From positions 1 to 44,740 of the forward strand of contig JAGYLS010000005.1 in NCBI GenBank assembly GCA_018400815.1: a DNA stretch of 44,740 nt, read 5' to 3'. The stretch is from Candidatus Oleincola secundus (GTDB lineage: Bacteria; Atribacterota; Phoenicimicrobiia; Phoenicimicrobiales; Stramentimicrobiaceae). The notes beneath the pieces were generated by a model. The model made no database searches. It was not told the DNA's origin and worked only from the letters and a program-made list of their open reading frames with translations. Both the position numbers and the translations under genes were made by a program. Of this stretch, positions 9,698 through 20,977 are shown in pieces. Position 1 is the first letter of the stretch, and every line of letters begins with the position of its first letter.

Positions 9698-10918
9698 TTA
9701 CTCATTAGGCATCACTTTATTCAGAATAATACCCACCAATGCGCCTAAGGCCATTCCTTCAATTTCAATTTGCCCGTTTCCCAATGGAATTGGTATTGAG
9801 ACTCCACCTAAAGATAAAATCAGGATAGTTGCTGCAATTATCAAATTGCGTGATTTTTCAAGATTAACTTTGTTTTCTACTACTGTTCGCACTCCTACAG
9901 CTGCAATCATTCCAAATAAAATAATGGAAATGCCTCCAATTAATGCTCCGGGAATCGTAGCAATAATCGCTCCTAATTTTGGCACTAATCCAATAATGAT
10001 GGCAAATACTGCCGCAATGCGCATTACAATCGGGTTATAGACTTTGGTTAAGGCTAGAACACCTGTGTTTTCTGAATAAGTGGTATTGGCTGGTCCGCCA
10101 AAAAAGGCCGATACTGAAGTTGCCAGGCCATCACCCAACAATGTTCTGTGTAAACCAGGGTTTTTAACGAAATCTTTTTCGGCTGTTGCTCCAATTGCCA
10201 GCACATCTCCAATATGTTCAATTACAGTTACCAGTGCCACCGGTGCCACAATCATGATGGCATTCCAATTAAACTTCGCAATAGTAAACTGCGGAAATCC
10301 TAACCATTTTGCCTCAGCAACCGATGTAAAATCAACCAAACCAAATATTATGGCAACAATATAACCAATCACTATTCCCAGCAGAACAGGAATAACTTTT
10401 AAGAAACCCCGAGTATAAGAACTTACCAAAACAACTATCACAAATCCTACCAGGGCTATCCACCAGTTTTCACTGGCCATACCTATGGCAGTGGGTGCCA
10501 ATTTCAGGCCAATAACCATAATAACCGGTCCGGTTACCACGGGTGGGAAGAAAGCAATAACTTTTTCAGGTCCAAAATGACTCACCAAAAAAGAAAAAAG
10601 TAAATAAATAAGACCAGCAGCAACAATTCCTCCCAGGGCATAAGGGATACCAAATTTATCTGCTACTAACAGAATGGGGGCAATAAACGCAAAAGAAGAA
10701 CCTAAAAATGCAGGAACTTTATTTTTTGTTACAAAATGAAATAACAGGGTACCGACACCGGCCATAAATAATGCAACTGAAATATCAAGCCCGGTAATAA
10801 TCGGCACAAGCACAGTGGCACCAAACATGGTAAATCCATGTTGTAATCCCAGGATAATTGTCTGGGGTAACCCCTGTTTAGTGTAATCGACAACCTCTTG
10901 TGGGTGTTGTGAATCCAT
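9698..10918 (-). CDS. uraA: Uracil permease (NCS2 family)
   Basis: GLQH, FLGSSFAF, EHIGD, PANTTYSEN motifs; PyrR sites upstream. Confidence 0.9.
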   Translation of the reverse strand: MDSQHPQEVVDYTKQGLPQTIILGLQHGFTMFGATVLVPIITGLDISVALFMAGVGTLLFHFVTKNKVPAFLGSSFAFIAPILLVADKFGIPYALGGIVAAGLIYLLFSFLVSHFGPEKVIAFFPPVVTGPVIMVIGLKLAPTAIGMASENWWIALVGFVIVVLVSSYTRGFLKVIPVLLGIVIGYIVAIIFGLVDFTSVAEAKWLGFPQFTIAKFNWNAIMIVAPVALVTVIEHIGDVLAIGATAEKDFVKNPGLHRTLLGDGLATSVSAFFGGPANTTYSENTGVLALTKVYNPIVMRIAAVFAIIIGLVPKLGAIIATIPGALIGGISIILFGMIAAVGVRTVVENKVNLEKSRNLIIAATILILSLGGVSIPIPLGNGQIEIEGMALGALVGIILNKVMPNE

Positions 10919-10983
10919 ATTTTTCTCCTTTAATTTTATTTTTTAGCAATGTATTTTAAGCTGTGAACTGTTTTATTTAAATT

Positions 10984-11017
10984 AAAACCCCCTTTCAGCA
11001 TAGGCCGATAAGGGGGT
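10984..11017 (-). terminator. Attenuator terminator (proximal) upstream of uraA
   Basis: Minus strand ACCCCCTT-ATCGGC-CTAT-GCTGA-AAGGGGG followed by TTTT. Confidence 0.75.
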
Positions 11018-11026
11018 AATCCATCT

Positions 11027-11060
11027 TCCTTATCAGCCTCACCGGACTAATTTTAAAGGA
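11027..11060 (-). promoter_or_regulatory. PyrR-binding RNA loop (proximal)
   Basis: TCCTTTAAAATTAGTCCGGTGAGGCTGATAAGGA matches the UUUAA...ARUCCNGNGAGGYU consensus. Confidence 0.88.
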
Positions 11061-11065
11061 ATTAT

Positions 11066-11103
11066 AAAAAAACCTCTAATCCAGAGACGCTGGAAAAGAG
11101 GTT
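11066..11103 (-). terminator. Attenuator terminator (distal)
   Basis: Minus strand AACCTCT..CCAG..CTGG..AGAGGTT followed by TTTTT. Confidence 0.75.
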
Positions 11104-11133
11104 ACAAAATATCATATTTATCATACTTGCATC

Positions 11134-11166
11134 TCCTTATTAGTTTCTCTGAACTAATTTAAAGGA
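11134..11166 (-). promoter_or_regulatory. PyrR-binding RNA loop (distal, variant)
   Basis: TCCTTTAAATTAGTTCAGAGAAACTAATAAGGA; same architecture with an AU-richer upper stem. Confidence 0.75.
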
Positions 11167-11229
11167 TATTTTTTTCTTTTATAGCATATAATAAAATTTA
11201 AGTTTTATCAATATATTTTGAAAATTATT

Positions 11230-12045
11230 TTACAAGGTTACCCCATGAAAATCTCCGGGATAATATCCCAATAATTTTTCGGCAATTTTGGCAAAAAAAT
11301 CAGCATTACCGCTAATAAAAAAAGAATTATTTTTATTTTTATGGGTATTAATTAACTGTTGCTCTTCAAGTAATTTTTTTGCCTGTTTTACAGTAGCTTT
11401 GGCTGGATCAACCAAACACATTTCCAGGTCAGTTACTTCTTGAATGTATTTTTTTAAAAAAGGATAATGTGTGCACCCCAAAACTAGTGTATCAACATCA
11501 TTATTTATGATTGGTTCCAAACATTCCTTTAATAAATTTCTTATTGCATCTTCATTTCTTAAAGCCTTTTCTTCCATCTCTCGAATAATTTGATTACTGC
11601 AAGAATTACTAAAAGTAGCAATAGAGGGGTTGATTTTCTTAATCAATTTTTCATAACCCTGATTGCGTATTGTTACTTCTGTTCCGATAATACCAATCCT
11701 TCTATTTTGTGTCTTGCTAGTTGCCTCATTTGCACCTGGTTGAATAACTCCTATAATAGGCACAGGATATTTTTTCTTTGCTTCACCTAATGCTACTGCC
11801 GTAGCCGTATTACAGGCAATAATTATCATCTTGACATCTTTTTGAACTAAAAAATCAATGATGGAAAATACGTAATCCGTAATTTGTTCATTTGTTTTTT
11901 CACCATAAGGCGCATGGGCGGTATCACCAAAATACACTACCTGTTCTTGAGGCATCTGTTTATCTATCTCCCTAAATACACTTAAGCCACCCAATCCAGA
12001 ATCTAACAAACCTATTGGCCTACTTATTTTGTTGTTTTTTATCAA
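11230..12045 (-). CDS. murI: Glutamate racemase
   Basis: DSGLGG, PYG, ACNTA, LGCTHYP motifs. Confidence 0.95.
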   Translation of the reverse strand: MIKNNKISRPIGLLDSGLGGLSVFREIDKQMPQEQVVYFGDTAHAPYGEKTNEQITDYVFSIIDFLVQKDVKMIIIACNTATAVALGEAKKKYPVPIIGVIQPGANEATSKTQNRRIGIIGTEVTIRNQGYEKLIKKINPSIATFSNSCSNQIIREMEEKALRNEDAIRNLLKECLEPIINNDVDTLVLGCTHYPFLKKYIQEVTDLEMCLVDPAKATVKQAKKLLEEQQLINTHKNKNNSFFISGNADFFAKIAEKLLGYYPGDFHGVTL

Positions 12046-12274
12046 AGCAATTACCTCAATTAACTAATTTTTTGAAAAGATTAATCAGTATAGCACATTC
12101 ATTGTCTCAATAAATCTGTATATTTCCAGAGCAGAAAAAGAAAGTACCTCTATTTTCTTTAGTTATAAGCATAATTATCTAGAGAAAGAATTTTATATTT
12201 AGAGTAAAATTGTATTAGGAAGATTATATTTGTTTCTCGCCAAAAACCAAATCTTGAAAGTCTATAAAAATAAC

Positions 12275-12360
12275 TGGCGGAGGGACTGGGATTCGAACCC
12301 AGACAGCTTACGCCTACACCGGTTTTCAAGACCGGCCCCTTGCCATTCGGACATCCCTCC
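12275..12360 (-). tRNA. tRNA-Ser (anticodon TGA), CCA encoded
   Basis: Acceptor GGAGGGA/TCCCTCC, G73-CCA; anticodon arm CCGGT-CTTGAAA-ACCGG; long variable arm; GGTTCGAATCC T-arm. Confidence 0.95.
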
Positions 12361-12452
12361 GCAATAATTATCTATAATTCTTATATATCTTATTTTCTTA
12401 TTGCACAATGATATTGTAACAGAAATAAATTAATCAGCAACAAAATTTTACC

Positions 12453-13745
<1,293 letters not shown>

Positions 13746-13785
13746 CTAAAATCTATAAAAATAAAACCTTGATATTTTCTAAACA

Positions 13786-15243
13786 TTATCCTTTGATTAC
13801 CCCTAAAGGACGCATTCTGGCAACTTTTTTGGAAATTCCGCTTTTATCCATTACATCTACTACCTCTGAAACATCCTTATAAGCAGCAGATATTTCTTCA
13901 GCCAAAGTAGCTCTACTCCTGGCTTTGATCAGAATACCTTCTACTCTTAATTCCTCAACAATATCCCTATTCTTGACTTCGCGCCTGGCCTCTCCACGAC
14001 TCATAACTCGACCTGCTCCATGACAGGTAGATCCAAAAGTCTCATCCATAGCCTTCTTGGTCCCAACAGAACAAAACGAGAAACGGCCCATATCTCCGGG
14101 AATTAAAACAGGTTGACCGATTTCCTTATATTTGAGAGGCAATTCGGGATGCTGCGGTGGAAAAGCCCTGGTAGCCCCTTTCCTATGCACACATAACTTG
14201 ACACTTTTACCATTATAATGATGAACCTCTATTTTGGCAATATTATGTGCCACATCATATACCAATTTTAATCCCAAACGTTCAGAAGAAATATGGAATA
14301 TTTTACTGAAAACTTCTCTTGCCCAATGCATTATGCATTGTCGATTTGCCCAGGCAAAATTTGCTGCACAACACATAGCCTGATAATATTTTTCACCTTC
14401 AGGTGAAATAACCGGTGCACAGGCTAACTGTTTATCAGGAAGACTAATATTATAACGCTGAACTGCTTTTTGCATAACAGACAAATGATCAGTACATACC
14501 TGATGTCCAAAGCCCCTGGAACCGGTATGGATTAATAGGGTAATCATTCCCTCTTCAAGTCCCATTTGTCGGGCAATTTCCGGTTGATAAATTTGATCAA
14601 TAACCTGAACCTCTAAAAAATGGTTTCCCGAACCTAAAGTACCCAGCTGTGACAAACCCCGCTGTATTGCTTTATTACTGATAATATCCGGATTAGCTTG
14701 AGTCATTCTGCCATTTTCTTCTGTATAGGCAATGTCTTCCTTTTCTCCATAGCCTTTTTTCACAGCCCATTGCGCACCTTCAGACAATACTTTCTTTATT
14801 TCCTGTGAATTTAATTTAATGATTCCTTCTGAACCGACTCCGGAAGGTATCTTCCTGTATAGATCCTCTATAATTTCAGGCATCTTATCTTTAATGTCTT
14901 GAAATTTTAAGTTAGAACGAATCAATCTCACTCCACAGTTAATATCAAAACCTACTCCTCCTGGTGAAATGACACCATCATCAAATCTAGTGGCTGCTAC
15001 ACCACCAATCGGGAACCCATATCCCCAGTGAATATCAGGCATTGCCAGGGAATAACCGACAATCCCAGGCAAGAAAGCTACATTGACTACCTGCTCAGGA
15101 GCTTGATCCTTTATAATATGTTTCATCAACTTTTCGGAAGCATATATTCGTCCATTGACTCTCATGCCCGGACGAAATTCTTTTGGAATTTCCCAGATAT
15201 ATACATCCTTTTGCTTTAAAATATTTTCCCAATTATTTTTCAT
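13786..15243 (-). CDS. rtcB: RNA-splicing/repair ligase RtcB (archaeal/eukaryote-like, archease-associated type)
   Basis: MPDIHWGYGFPIG, GFDINCG, GSGNHF, HTGSRG, HRKGAT, HGAGR motifs. Start moved to ATG 15243, which follows SD GAGGAG. Confidence 0.95.
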   Translation of the reverse strand: MKNNWENILKQKDVYIWEIPKEFRPGMRVNGRIYASEKLMKHIIKDQAPEQVVNVAFLPGIVGYSLAMPDIHWGYGFPIGGVAATRFDDGVISPGGVGFDINCGVRLIRSNLKFQDIKDKMPEIIEDLYRKIPSGVGSEGIIKLNSQEIKKVLSEGAQWAVKKGYGEKEDIAYTEENGRMTQANPDIISNKAIQRGLSQLGTLGSGNHFLEVQVIDQIYQPEIARQMGLEEGMITLLIHTGSRGFGHQVCTDHLSVMQKAVQRYNISLPDKQLACAPVISPEGEKYYQAMCCAANFAWANRQCIMHWAREVFSKIFHISSERLGLKLVYDVAHNIAKIEVHHYNGKSVKLCVHRKGATRAFPPQHPELPLKYKEIGQPVLIPGDMGRFSFCSVGTKKAMDETFGSTCHGAGRVMSRGEARREVKNRDIVEELRVEGILIKARSRATLAEEISAAYKDVSEVVDVMDKSGISKKVARMRPLGVIKG

Positions 15244-15632
15244 GAAAACCACTCCTCTTATCAATCAAATAAGAGCTAAATTTCATACCTGATTATTTAA
15301 AATCCAGTAAATACCGCACCCGCAAATCGGGTGGCTAAACAATTCTTTCCAGGATATTCAAGGAGAATCCTTCCCCTTGAGAACCCCTGGAATACTATGC
15401 TTAATATTTAAATCTAACTTCGTATATATTTGAGTCTTAATTAAGAGATCATAGTGCTTAATCTTATCGCTTTATTTAATATTCCGATACTATTAAGCTA
15501 TATGATATTGTCTATTTTTAGGACCTCGGGTAAAATATTTCATCTAGTATATCTATTGTCTTGATGGTAAAACCATTTTATTTAACCATTATCCCCTTCA
15601 AAGAAGGTGGTTTTTTATGGTTAAATAAAATA

Positions 15633-16064
15633 TTAAATATCAAAAATAATAGTTGCTTCCCAGTAACCTTTTTCATTTTTTATGACCTGCAAATTATGAT
15701 AGGTTACTGCCTTAATTTCCTTTTCTATATTATAAGGTGATTCATTAATCTTTATCCCATATGACTGCGCCTGAAGGTTATTGTTAGTTAGATTTTTAAT
15801 GATAAAATCATTTAAAATTACAAAATCTGTACTGTGAATATATAACAATTCACTTAACCATTCTACTAATAATTCCTCTAGATTAGCTCCCTCACATTTT
15901 ATGGTCCAGTATTGCTCATTTTCCTGTTTGGCGAACCCGGAAGAGCCTGTAATAATGAAAAACATGCCTCGGGCTGCATTTTGAAACAATTTTTCCTTTG
16001 TTTCTCCGAATGCCCTTAGCCCTATATCTGCCATGTGTTCTATTACTTTATAATCCTTATCCAT
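15633..16064 (-). CDS. Archease
   Basis: EHMADIG, LLVEWLSELLY, EIKAVTYH and C-terminal IFDI motifs. Confidence 0.93.
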   Translation of the reverse strand: MDKDYKVIEHMADIGLRAFGETKEKLFQNAARGMFFIITGSSGFAKQENEQYWTIKCEGANLEELLVEWLSELLYIHSTDFVILNDFIIKNLTNNNLQAQSYGIKINESPYNIEKEIKAVTYHNLQVIKNEKGYWEATIIFDI

Positions 16065-16084
16065 ATAAACAAATCCTTTTAAAC

Positions 16085-16316
16085 AAAAAACTCCCGTCTT
16101 TGGTAAATTTTACCTTAGGGACGAGAGCTGACTCACGTGGTGCCATCCTAATTCGATAGAATAATTATCTATCCTTAATTAAAGATAAAGCATCTATTCT
16201 AGATAAGTATAGTGGCTATATATCAACATAGCAAGGCGGAATTCAATCACATTAATACCGTGTTCACACCTTCCACGGCTCTCTGAAAAATAAATAATGA
16301 TTTACTTTTCCTTTTA
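16085..16316 (-). promoter_or_regulatory. T-box riboswitch, serine-specific
   Basis: Stem I base AAGG/CCTT; AGTA, AGAGA and GGTGTGAA motifs; specifier TCC (16238-16240) followed by G; T-box AATTAGGATGGCACCACG (UGG-C pairs with G73); terminator ending GACGGGAGTTTTTT. Confidence 0.9.
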
Positions 16317-16349
16317 TTCTCTATATTAATTTTATTAATCCTTACCAAA

Positions 16350-16378
16350 ATTATAAATTTTTCTACCTATTCTGTCAA
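16350..16378 (-). promoter_or_regulatory. Sigma-70 promoter of the T-box leader
   Basis: Perfect TTGACA-17 nt-TATAAT. Confidence 0.85.
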
Positions 16379-16536
16379 TGTATCTAATTGCCTCATCAAA
16401 AAGCAATCTCATCCCATTCTACCCAAGCTCTTTTCCTTTTCGAATTATATCTGACAACTGAAAACTCTTATTGAAAGATTTAAGATTTAGTCTCAAGATC
16501 AATCTTGATAATTTTTTTTTATACAGTCTGCCGTCT

Positions 16537-17838
16537 CTATGGCATTAAAAGCCATTTCCAGAGGGGTATCATTTTAATTGAAACGTTATCGGTTCGATAT
16601 GAGTCTTCTTCATCATCAGTTATTATAGTAAGTTTTGCTTTTTTAAATTCTTGATGAGCTTTCATTAAAGCTTTTATCTCACGATTCCTGGTATCTGGAT
16701 TGTTCATTTGGTAGCATACTTGGATCATCTCTTCTATTTCTCTTCCTGAACGTACTACTAAATCTACCTCTCTTCCTTCCTTATCTTTCCAATAATATAT
16801 ATCCTTATTTTGTCTTTTCAATTCCAGGAAAACTATATTTTCATAAATATGTCCCAGGTTTTTAGAAAATTGAAAAGAGATTGATTGACTCAAGGCAGTA
16901 TCAATAGTATAAATTTTAGATGGATTGTAAATCTGCCGTTTGATAGAATAGTCAAAGAGATCAACCTGAAAAAATAGATATACTTCTTCTAATATCTCCA
17001 GAAAATTCTTTATAGTATTAATACTTTTCGCTTCTACTAACTGTTGTAGTTTTTTATAGCTATGTACGGAAGCAATATTAGATGCCAAAAATAGACATAA
17101 TTCTCTCATTGCCTTGTTCTTTCTGATAGTATAACGGGGCAAGATATCGCGATAAATAAAATCTTTAAAATATTGTTCCAGCAAGGTAGGGTCATTGCTC
17201 TTTATTACCTCCGGATATCCACCCAATTTTAGATATTCCTGAAAGGCATTTTTTATTCTTGCCCTTTCCTCAGTAAGATATATAGGTGAATGATCATGTT
17301 TGATTTTTTTATACGATAAAAATTCCCTGAAAGAGAAAGGATAATTAGTAATGACCCGATTTCTGCCAGTTAAAGTACTGGCAACTTCGGAGCTTAACAG
17401 ATTACGATTAGAACCGGTGATGAATATTTTAATCTGATGCATCTCATATAGACGATTTACCCATTTTTCCCATCCCGGAATATTTTGAATTTCGTCTAAA
17501 AAAAAATAACTTTTTTTATTTGAATCATTTTCTTCTAAAAATATTTCATAAATTAGATTAAAATCACTAACATTTAATTCAATAAATCTTTCATCTTCAA
17601 AATTAAGATATAGTATATTAGTTAAAGGGATATGAGTATCTTTGATTAATTGAGTACAAATCAATTTCATCAAACTTGATTTACCTCCCCTTCTGGTGCC
17701 GGTTATAAATATAATTTCTTTGGAGGATATATAAAATTGAATATCCTTTAGAATTTCTCTATAGATAAGAGAATTATCCGGGGAAATAAATCTTCCCCGA
17801 TATTCCAATATTAATTCCTTTATCTTGTTTCTTTCCAT
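16537..17838 (-). CDS. AAA_14 + DUF4143 ATP-binding protein
   Basis: GTRRGGKS Walker A, FLDEIQ, ITGS, GGYPE, ENIVFLEL, EVDLV motifs. Confidence 0.88.
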   Translation of the reverse strand: MERNKIKELILEYRGRFISPDNSLIYREILKDIQFYISSKEIIFITGTRRGGKSSLMKLICTQLIKDTHIPLTNILYLNFEDERFIELNVSDFNLIYEIFLEENDSNKKSYFFLDEIQNIPGWEKWVNRLYEMHQIKIFITGSNRNLLSSEVASTLTGRNRVITNYPFSFREFLSYKKIKHDHSPIYLTEERARIKNAFQEYLKLGGYPEVIKSNDPTLLEQYFKDFIYRDILPRYTIRKNKAMRELCLFLASNIASVHSYKKLQQLVEAKSINTIKNFLEILEEVYLFFQVDLFDYSIKRQIYNPSKIYTIDTALSQSISFQFSKNLGHIYENIVFLELKRQNKDIYYWKDKEGREVDLVVRSGREIEEMIQVCYQMNNPDTRNREIKALMKAHQEFKKAKLTIITDDEEDSYRTDNVSIKMIPLWKWLLMP

Positions 17839-18034
17839 TTTTTTAAATCCCTATTTCATAATTATTATATTGCATTACTATTATAATATATTAGCTTTTA
17901 TATTGCAATAGTAATCAAATTTAAGTGTTCAATCTTCAGTATTATTAATATCATTTCTTATCATTGAATTATTTTTTACCAAATGCCACCAACTATTAAA
18001 TAATTTTACAATTTCATCTAATTGTATTTGAATA

Positions 18035-18265
18035 AATTGGAACAATGGATTATTGGAAAAATGCGATATTGGGTTTTTATTCTGTCGTTTTTACATTATT
18101 TTAATAATATGTAACCGGAATCTATTTGATTTTTTCATTGCGAAGACAGTTTTCTTAACTCGCAGCTTGAATCTTGCATCTTAATAATTGGTAAACTGTA
18201 TTGCCTATTACAAATTACCTATTACTCATTACTGTATTTGATACGCAATACACACGACGCAATAA
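18035..18265. repeat. Cluster of degenerate 7- and 8-mer tandem repeats
   Basis: AATTGGAA/CAATGGAT/TATTGGAA; GCAGCTT/GAATCTT/GCATCTT; CTATTAC/AAATTAC/CTATTAC/TCATTAC; GATACGC/AATACAC/ACGACGC. Confidence 0.6.
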
Positions 18266-18307
18266 ATGTTATTCTATAATGAATAGTCAAGAAAAGATAT
18301 TAGTTAC

Positions 18308-19087
18308 TTACTTTTCAGCTATGACCAGCATTTCAAAATCCTCTGTTGTTAATTCATCCTTTCGTGAGAAAGCACCTAGCTTTACTCCAAAAATATCAAT
18401 TCTCTTATAGTCAAGCGATTTAAGCAACCAGGTGATTTCACTTGGAACATAATATCTTTCATTGCTTTTGATTGTTTTTTTATTGCCATTATCATCTTCA
18501 ATTTCAGTAATATTATGATCACGAAAAGTCATTAAATCAAATGTATTGCTATGATAGGTGGCATTTCCCTCTACGCCTGTAGAAGCACAAAATTTTTCAA
18601 TTGAATGATACAAGGGAAATAATCCATTTAGGGTCGTAAAAATAAATTTTGATTGCTTTTTCAGTACTTTGGTAACATTTCTTAGTATTTCATAATTCAT
18701 CTCATCGGTTTCCATTAGAGGAAAACCACCTTCACAGAGCATGATGGCAACATCATAGTAAATATCTAAATAAAGCTCTCTGGCATCTTGTTTTTGAAAA
18801 TCAACTGTTAGTCCACTTACCCTTGCTTTTTCTCTTGCTCTCTTTAATTGAGATTCTGACAAATCTATCCCGGTAACATTATATCCTCTTTTTGATAACT
18901 CAATGGAATGCCTTCCGGTTCCACATCCTACATCTAATATTTTTAAAGATTTATTATACCCTAATTCCTGTTCGATAAAATTACATTCCCCAATAGTTCC
19001 CTGTGTAAAAATTTCTTTATCATATTTTTCCGCATAATTCTCAAATAACTTCTCATACCATTGTTTCTTGTTCATATTTTCACTCAT
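18308..19087 (-). CDS. Class I SAM-dependent methyltransferase
   Basis: ILDVGCGTGRH and GIDLS motifs. Confidence 0.88.
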   Translation of the reverse strand: MSENMNKKQWYEKLFENYAEKYDKEIFTQGTIGECNFIEQELGYNKSLKILDVGCGTGRHSIELSKRGYNVTGIDLSESQLKRAREKARVSGLTVDFQKQDARELYLDIYYDVAIMLCEGGFPLMETDEMNYEILRNVTKVLKKQSKFIFTTLNGLFPLYHSIEKFCASTGVEGNATYHSNTFDLMTFRDHNITEIEDDNGNKKTIKSNERYYVPSEITWLLKSLDYKRIDIFGVKLGAFSRKDELTTEDFEMLVIAEK

Positions 19088-19100
19088 TTCACATTTATTT

Positions 19101-19817
19101 TTATTTGATAAATTTATTAACCTGTCCCCTTAAATAATTTTTCCGTTTCTCCTCAGGAAATTTTTCAATTGCATAGCGCAACATAGTCCTAGGCATTTCT
19201 TTGTAATGCTTTCTTAGGAATTCCTCTTCCACCTCAGAATCTTTTTTCCCGACCTCTCTAAGCATCCAGCCAACCGCTTTATGAATAAGGTCTTCCTTAT
19301 CCTTTAACAATATTTCTGCAATCTTCAATGTATCACTAAATTCATTATTGCCAATAAAATATAATGTTGACATAATTGCTATCCTGCGTTCCCATAAATT
19401 TTCTGACCTGGTTAAGAGATAAATTGGTTTTTTATCACGGGTAAATAAATATGCACCGACAATACGGGGAGCAGAAATATCGACTAAGTCCCAGTTGTTA
19501 ATATATTTCGTATGACTGAGATACAGTTCAACTATTTTCTCTTTATTTTCCTTATCCTTTTTTCTAAAAAGTTCTACTAATACAATAAGTGCAAATAGAC
19601 GTTCTTCATGGAATGGTGATTTGAGAAATTCAGTCGCATCGCTGATAGATAAAGCACTATACTTTTTAGCAATTTTCCTTAAAATAGGGACTCGAATTCC
19701 TAAAAATATATCTCCTTCACCATATTCGCCTTTCCCGGTTTTAAAGTAGTTTTGTAAATGTTTAGCTTGTTCTGCATTACTTAATTTTTTAAATTCTTCT
19801 TTAATATTTTTAATCAT
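19101..19817 (-). CDS. DNA alkylation repair protein (AlkD-like HEAT-repeat family)
   Basis: YFKTGKGEYGEGD.FLG, NNWDLVD, WERRIA, IHKAVGWMLRE motifs; start trimmed to ATG 19817. Confidence 0.85.
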   Translation of the reverse strand: MIKNIKEEFKKLSNAEQAKHLQNYFKTGKGEYGEGDIFLGIRVPILRKIAKKYSALSISDATEFLKSPFHEERLFALIVLVELFRKKDKENKEKIVELYLSHTKYINNWDLVDISAPRIVGAYLFTRDKKPIYLLTRSENLWERRIAIMSTLYFIGNNEFSDTLKIAEILLKDKEDLIHKAVGWMLREVGKKDSEVEEEFLRKHYKEMPRTMLRYAIEKFPEEKRKNYLRGQVNKFIK

Positions 19818-19836
19818 TACAATACCTATTATCTTT

Positions 19837-20694
19837 TCACTTTTCCTGGATTTTTTGTTCAGCGATATCCTTTGCGGTAATTCCCGGATAGTAATATCTT
19901 CCGTCCTTGTGAGTGTAATTTTTAACCAGAATGGCTTGTTCGGGACAAAAGTTAAAACAGGCATAACAGTAGTAACACCTGATGTCCTCTTGCCATAGCG
20001 GTTTGCCATTATTCATTTTAATTTTTTTAGATGGACATACACTTTCACATAATCCGCAACCTGTACAAGTGGAATCGGTATAAAATCCAATTTTGGTATT
20101 AATACCTTCGATATACCATTGCAGGGGTAATTGCAAGGTTTTATTAATAACTCGTGCTACAGCATTTTTATGTTTTGGGCTATCTTTACCAGTATTCTTT
20201 TCTTTATTGGTGATTGCTTTGACGATTATATCAAGTTCTTTTTGCACATTTTCTTCCAGAGCTGAAATGTTCTTTTCTGTTATGGTGCTAGCCCAATTCT
20301 GGGCAATCATAAAGGATGGCTGCAATCCCTTGGGGGTATTGGATGCCATCTTTAGGGTATAATAAAAATCTAATCCCTTACCCCTTTTTGCCAGCAGCTT
20401 TTCCAGGTAATATTCTAGTTTACCAGGGTAACCACAATTGGTAGTGACAGCAAAAAGATATTGCCCGGGTTTGAAGTGAATTTTCTTGATAAATTCCCTT
20501 ACCGGGATGGGTGTTGAGCTAAGGTAGATCGGAAATACAAGACCTATTATATCTGCCTTCAGTTCAATGGCTTCTTTATTTAAAAGACTCAACAATGGTA
20601 TTAGGGTGGTATCAGGAATTTGTTTTTGAATTTCCTAGGCTACATGTAATGAATTACCGGTGCCGGAGAAATAATAAATTTTTACTTTACTCAT
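19837..20694 (-). pseudogene. EFR1-family flavodoxin-ferredoxin with an in-frame TAG at codon 20
   Basis: ATG 20694 gives MSKVKIYYFSGTGNSLHVA*EIQKQIP, continuing in frame into the tracked ORF (GLVFPIY; two Cys clusters); TAG at 20635-20637. Confidence 0.8.
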
Positions 20695-20868
20695 ACTTAT
20701 TCCACCTTTTTCCTTCACAGAAACATTCCTTATTATCAGATATTATAGTGAATTTTAAGATAAATTCATAGAAAAATATGAAAATCGATACGCTACCTTC
20801 TCAGGATTAAAGATTAACTAGGATTTATAAGATTGGTAAATTGTTAATCAGATTATCTAAAATATATA

Positions 20869-20919
20869 TGTAATATTATATTACAACATATTGACATAAT
20901 ATCTTACATATTATAAAAT
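20869..20919 (+). promoter_or_regulatory. Promoter and putative operator of the HTH-Panacea TA operon
   Basis: Inverted repeat TGTAATA-TTA-TATTACA (20869-20885) just upstream of TTGACA-17-TAAAAT (20891-20919). Confidence 0.7.
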
Positions 20920-20977
20920 GATACTGAACTGAACTGGAATTAAAAAAAGAAAAAACAGGGCAAAGGAGGTTTCCTTT

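Noticed and set aside
12275..12360. tRNA-Sec or an intron-containing tRNA as the RtcB substrate
   Set aside because: Anticodon is TGA, not TCA; acceptor stem is 7 bp; no intron is present
13786..15264. Intein in RtcB; longer TTG start at 15264
   Set aside because: Length and motif spacing are normal, and the SD GAGGAG supports ATG 15243
15244..15632. Known ribozyme or housekeeping RNA (hammerhead, HDV, group I intron, RNase P, SRP, tmRNA, second T-box)
   Set aside because: None of the diagnostic conserved motifs was found by eye; kept only as an unclassified structured region
19818..20009. N-terminal extension of the AlkD-like ORF
   Set aside because: Overlaps the EFR1 gene in another frame; family similarity begins at Met 19817
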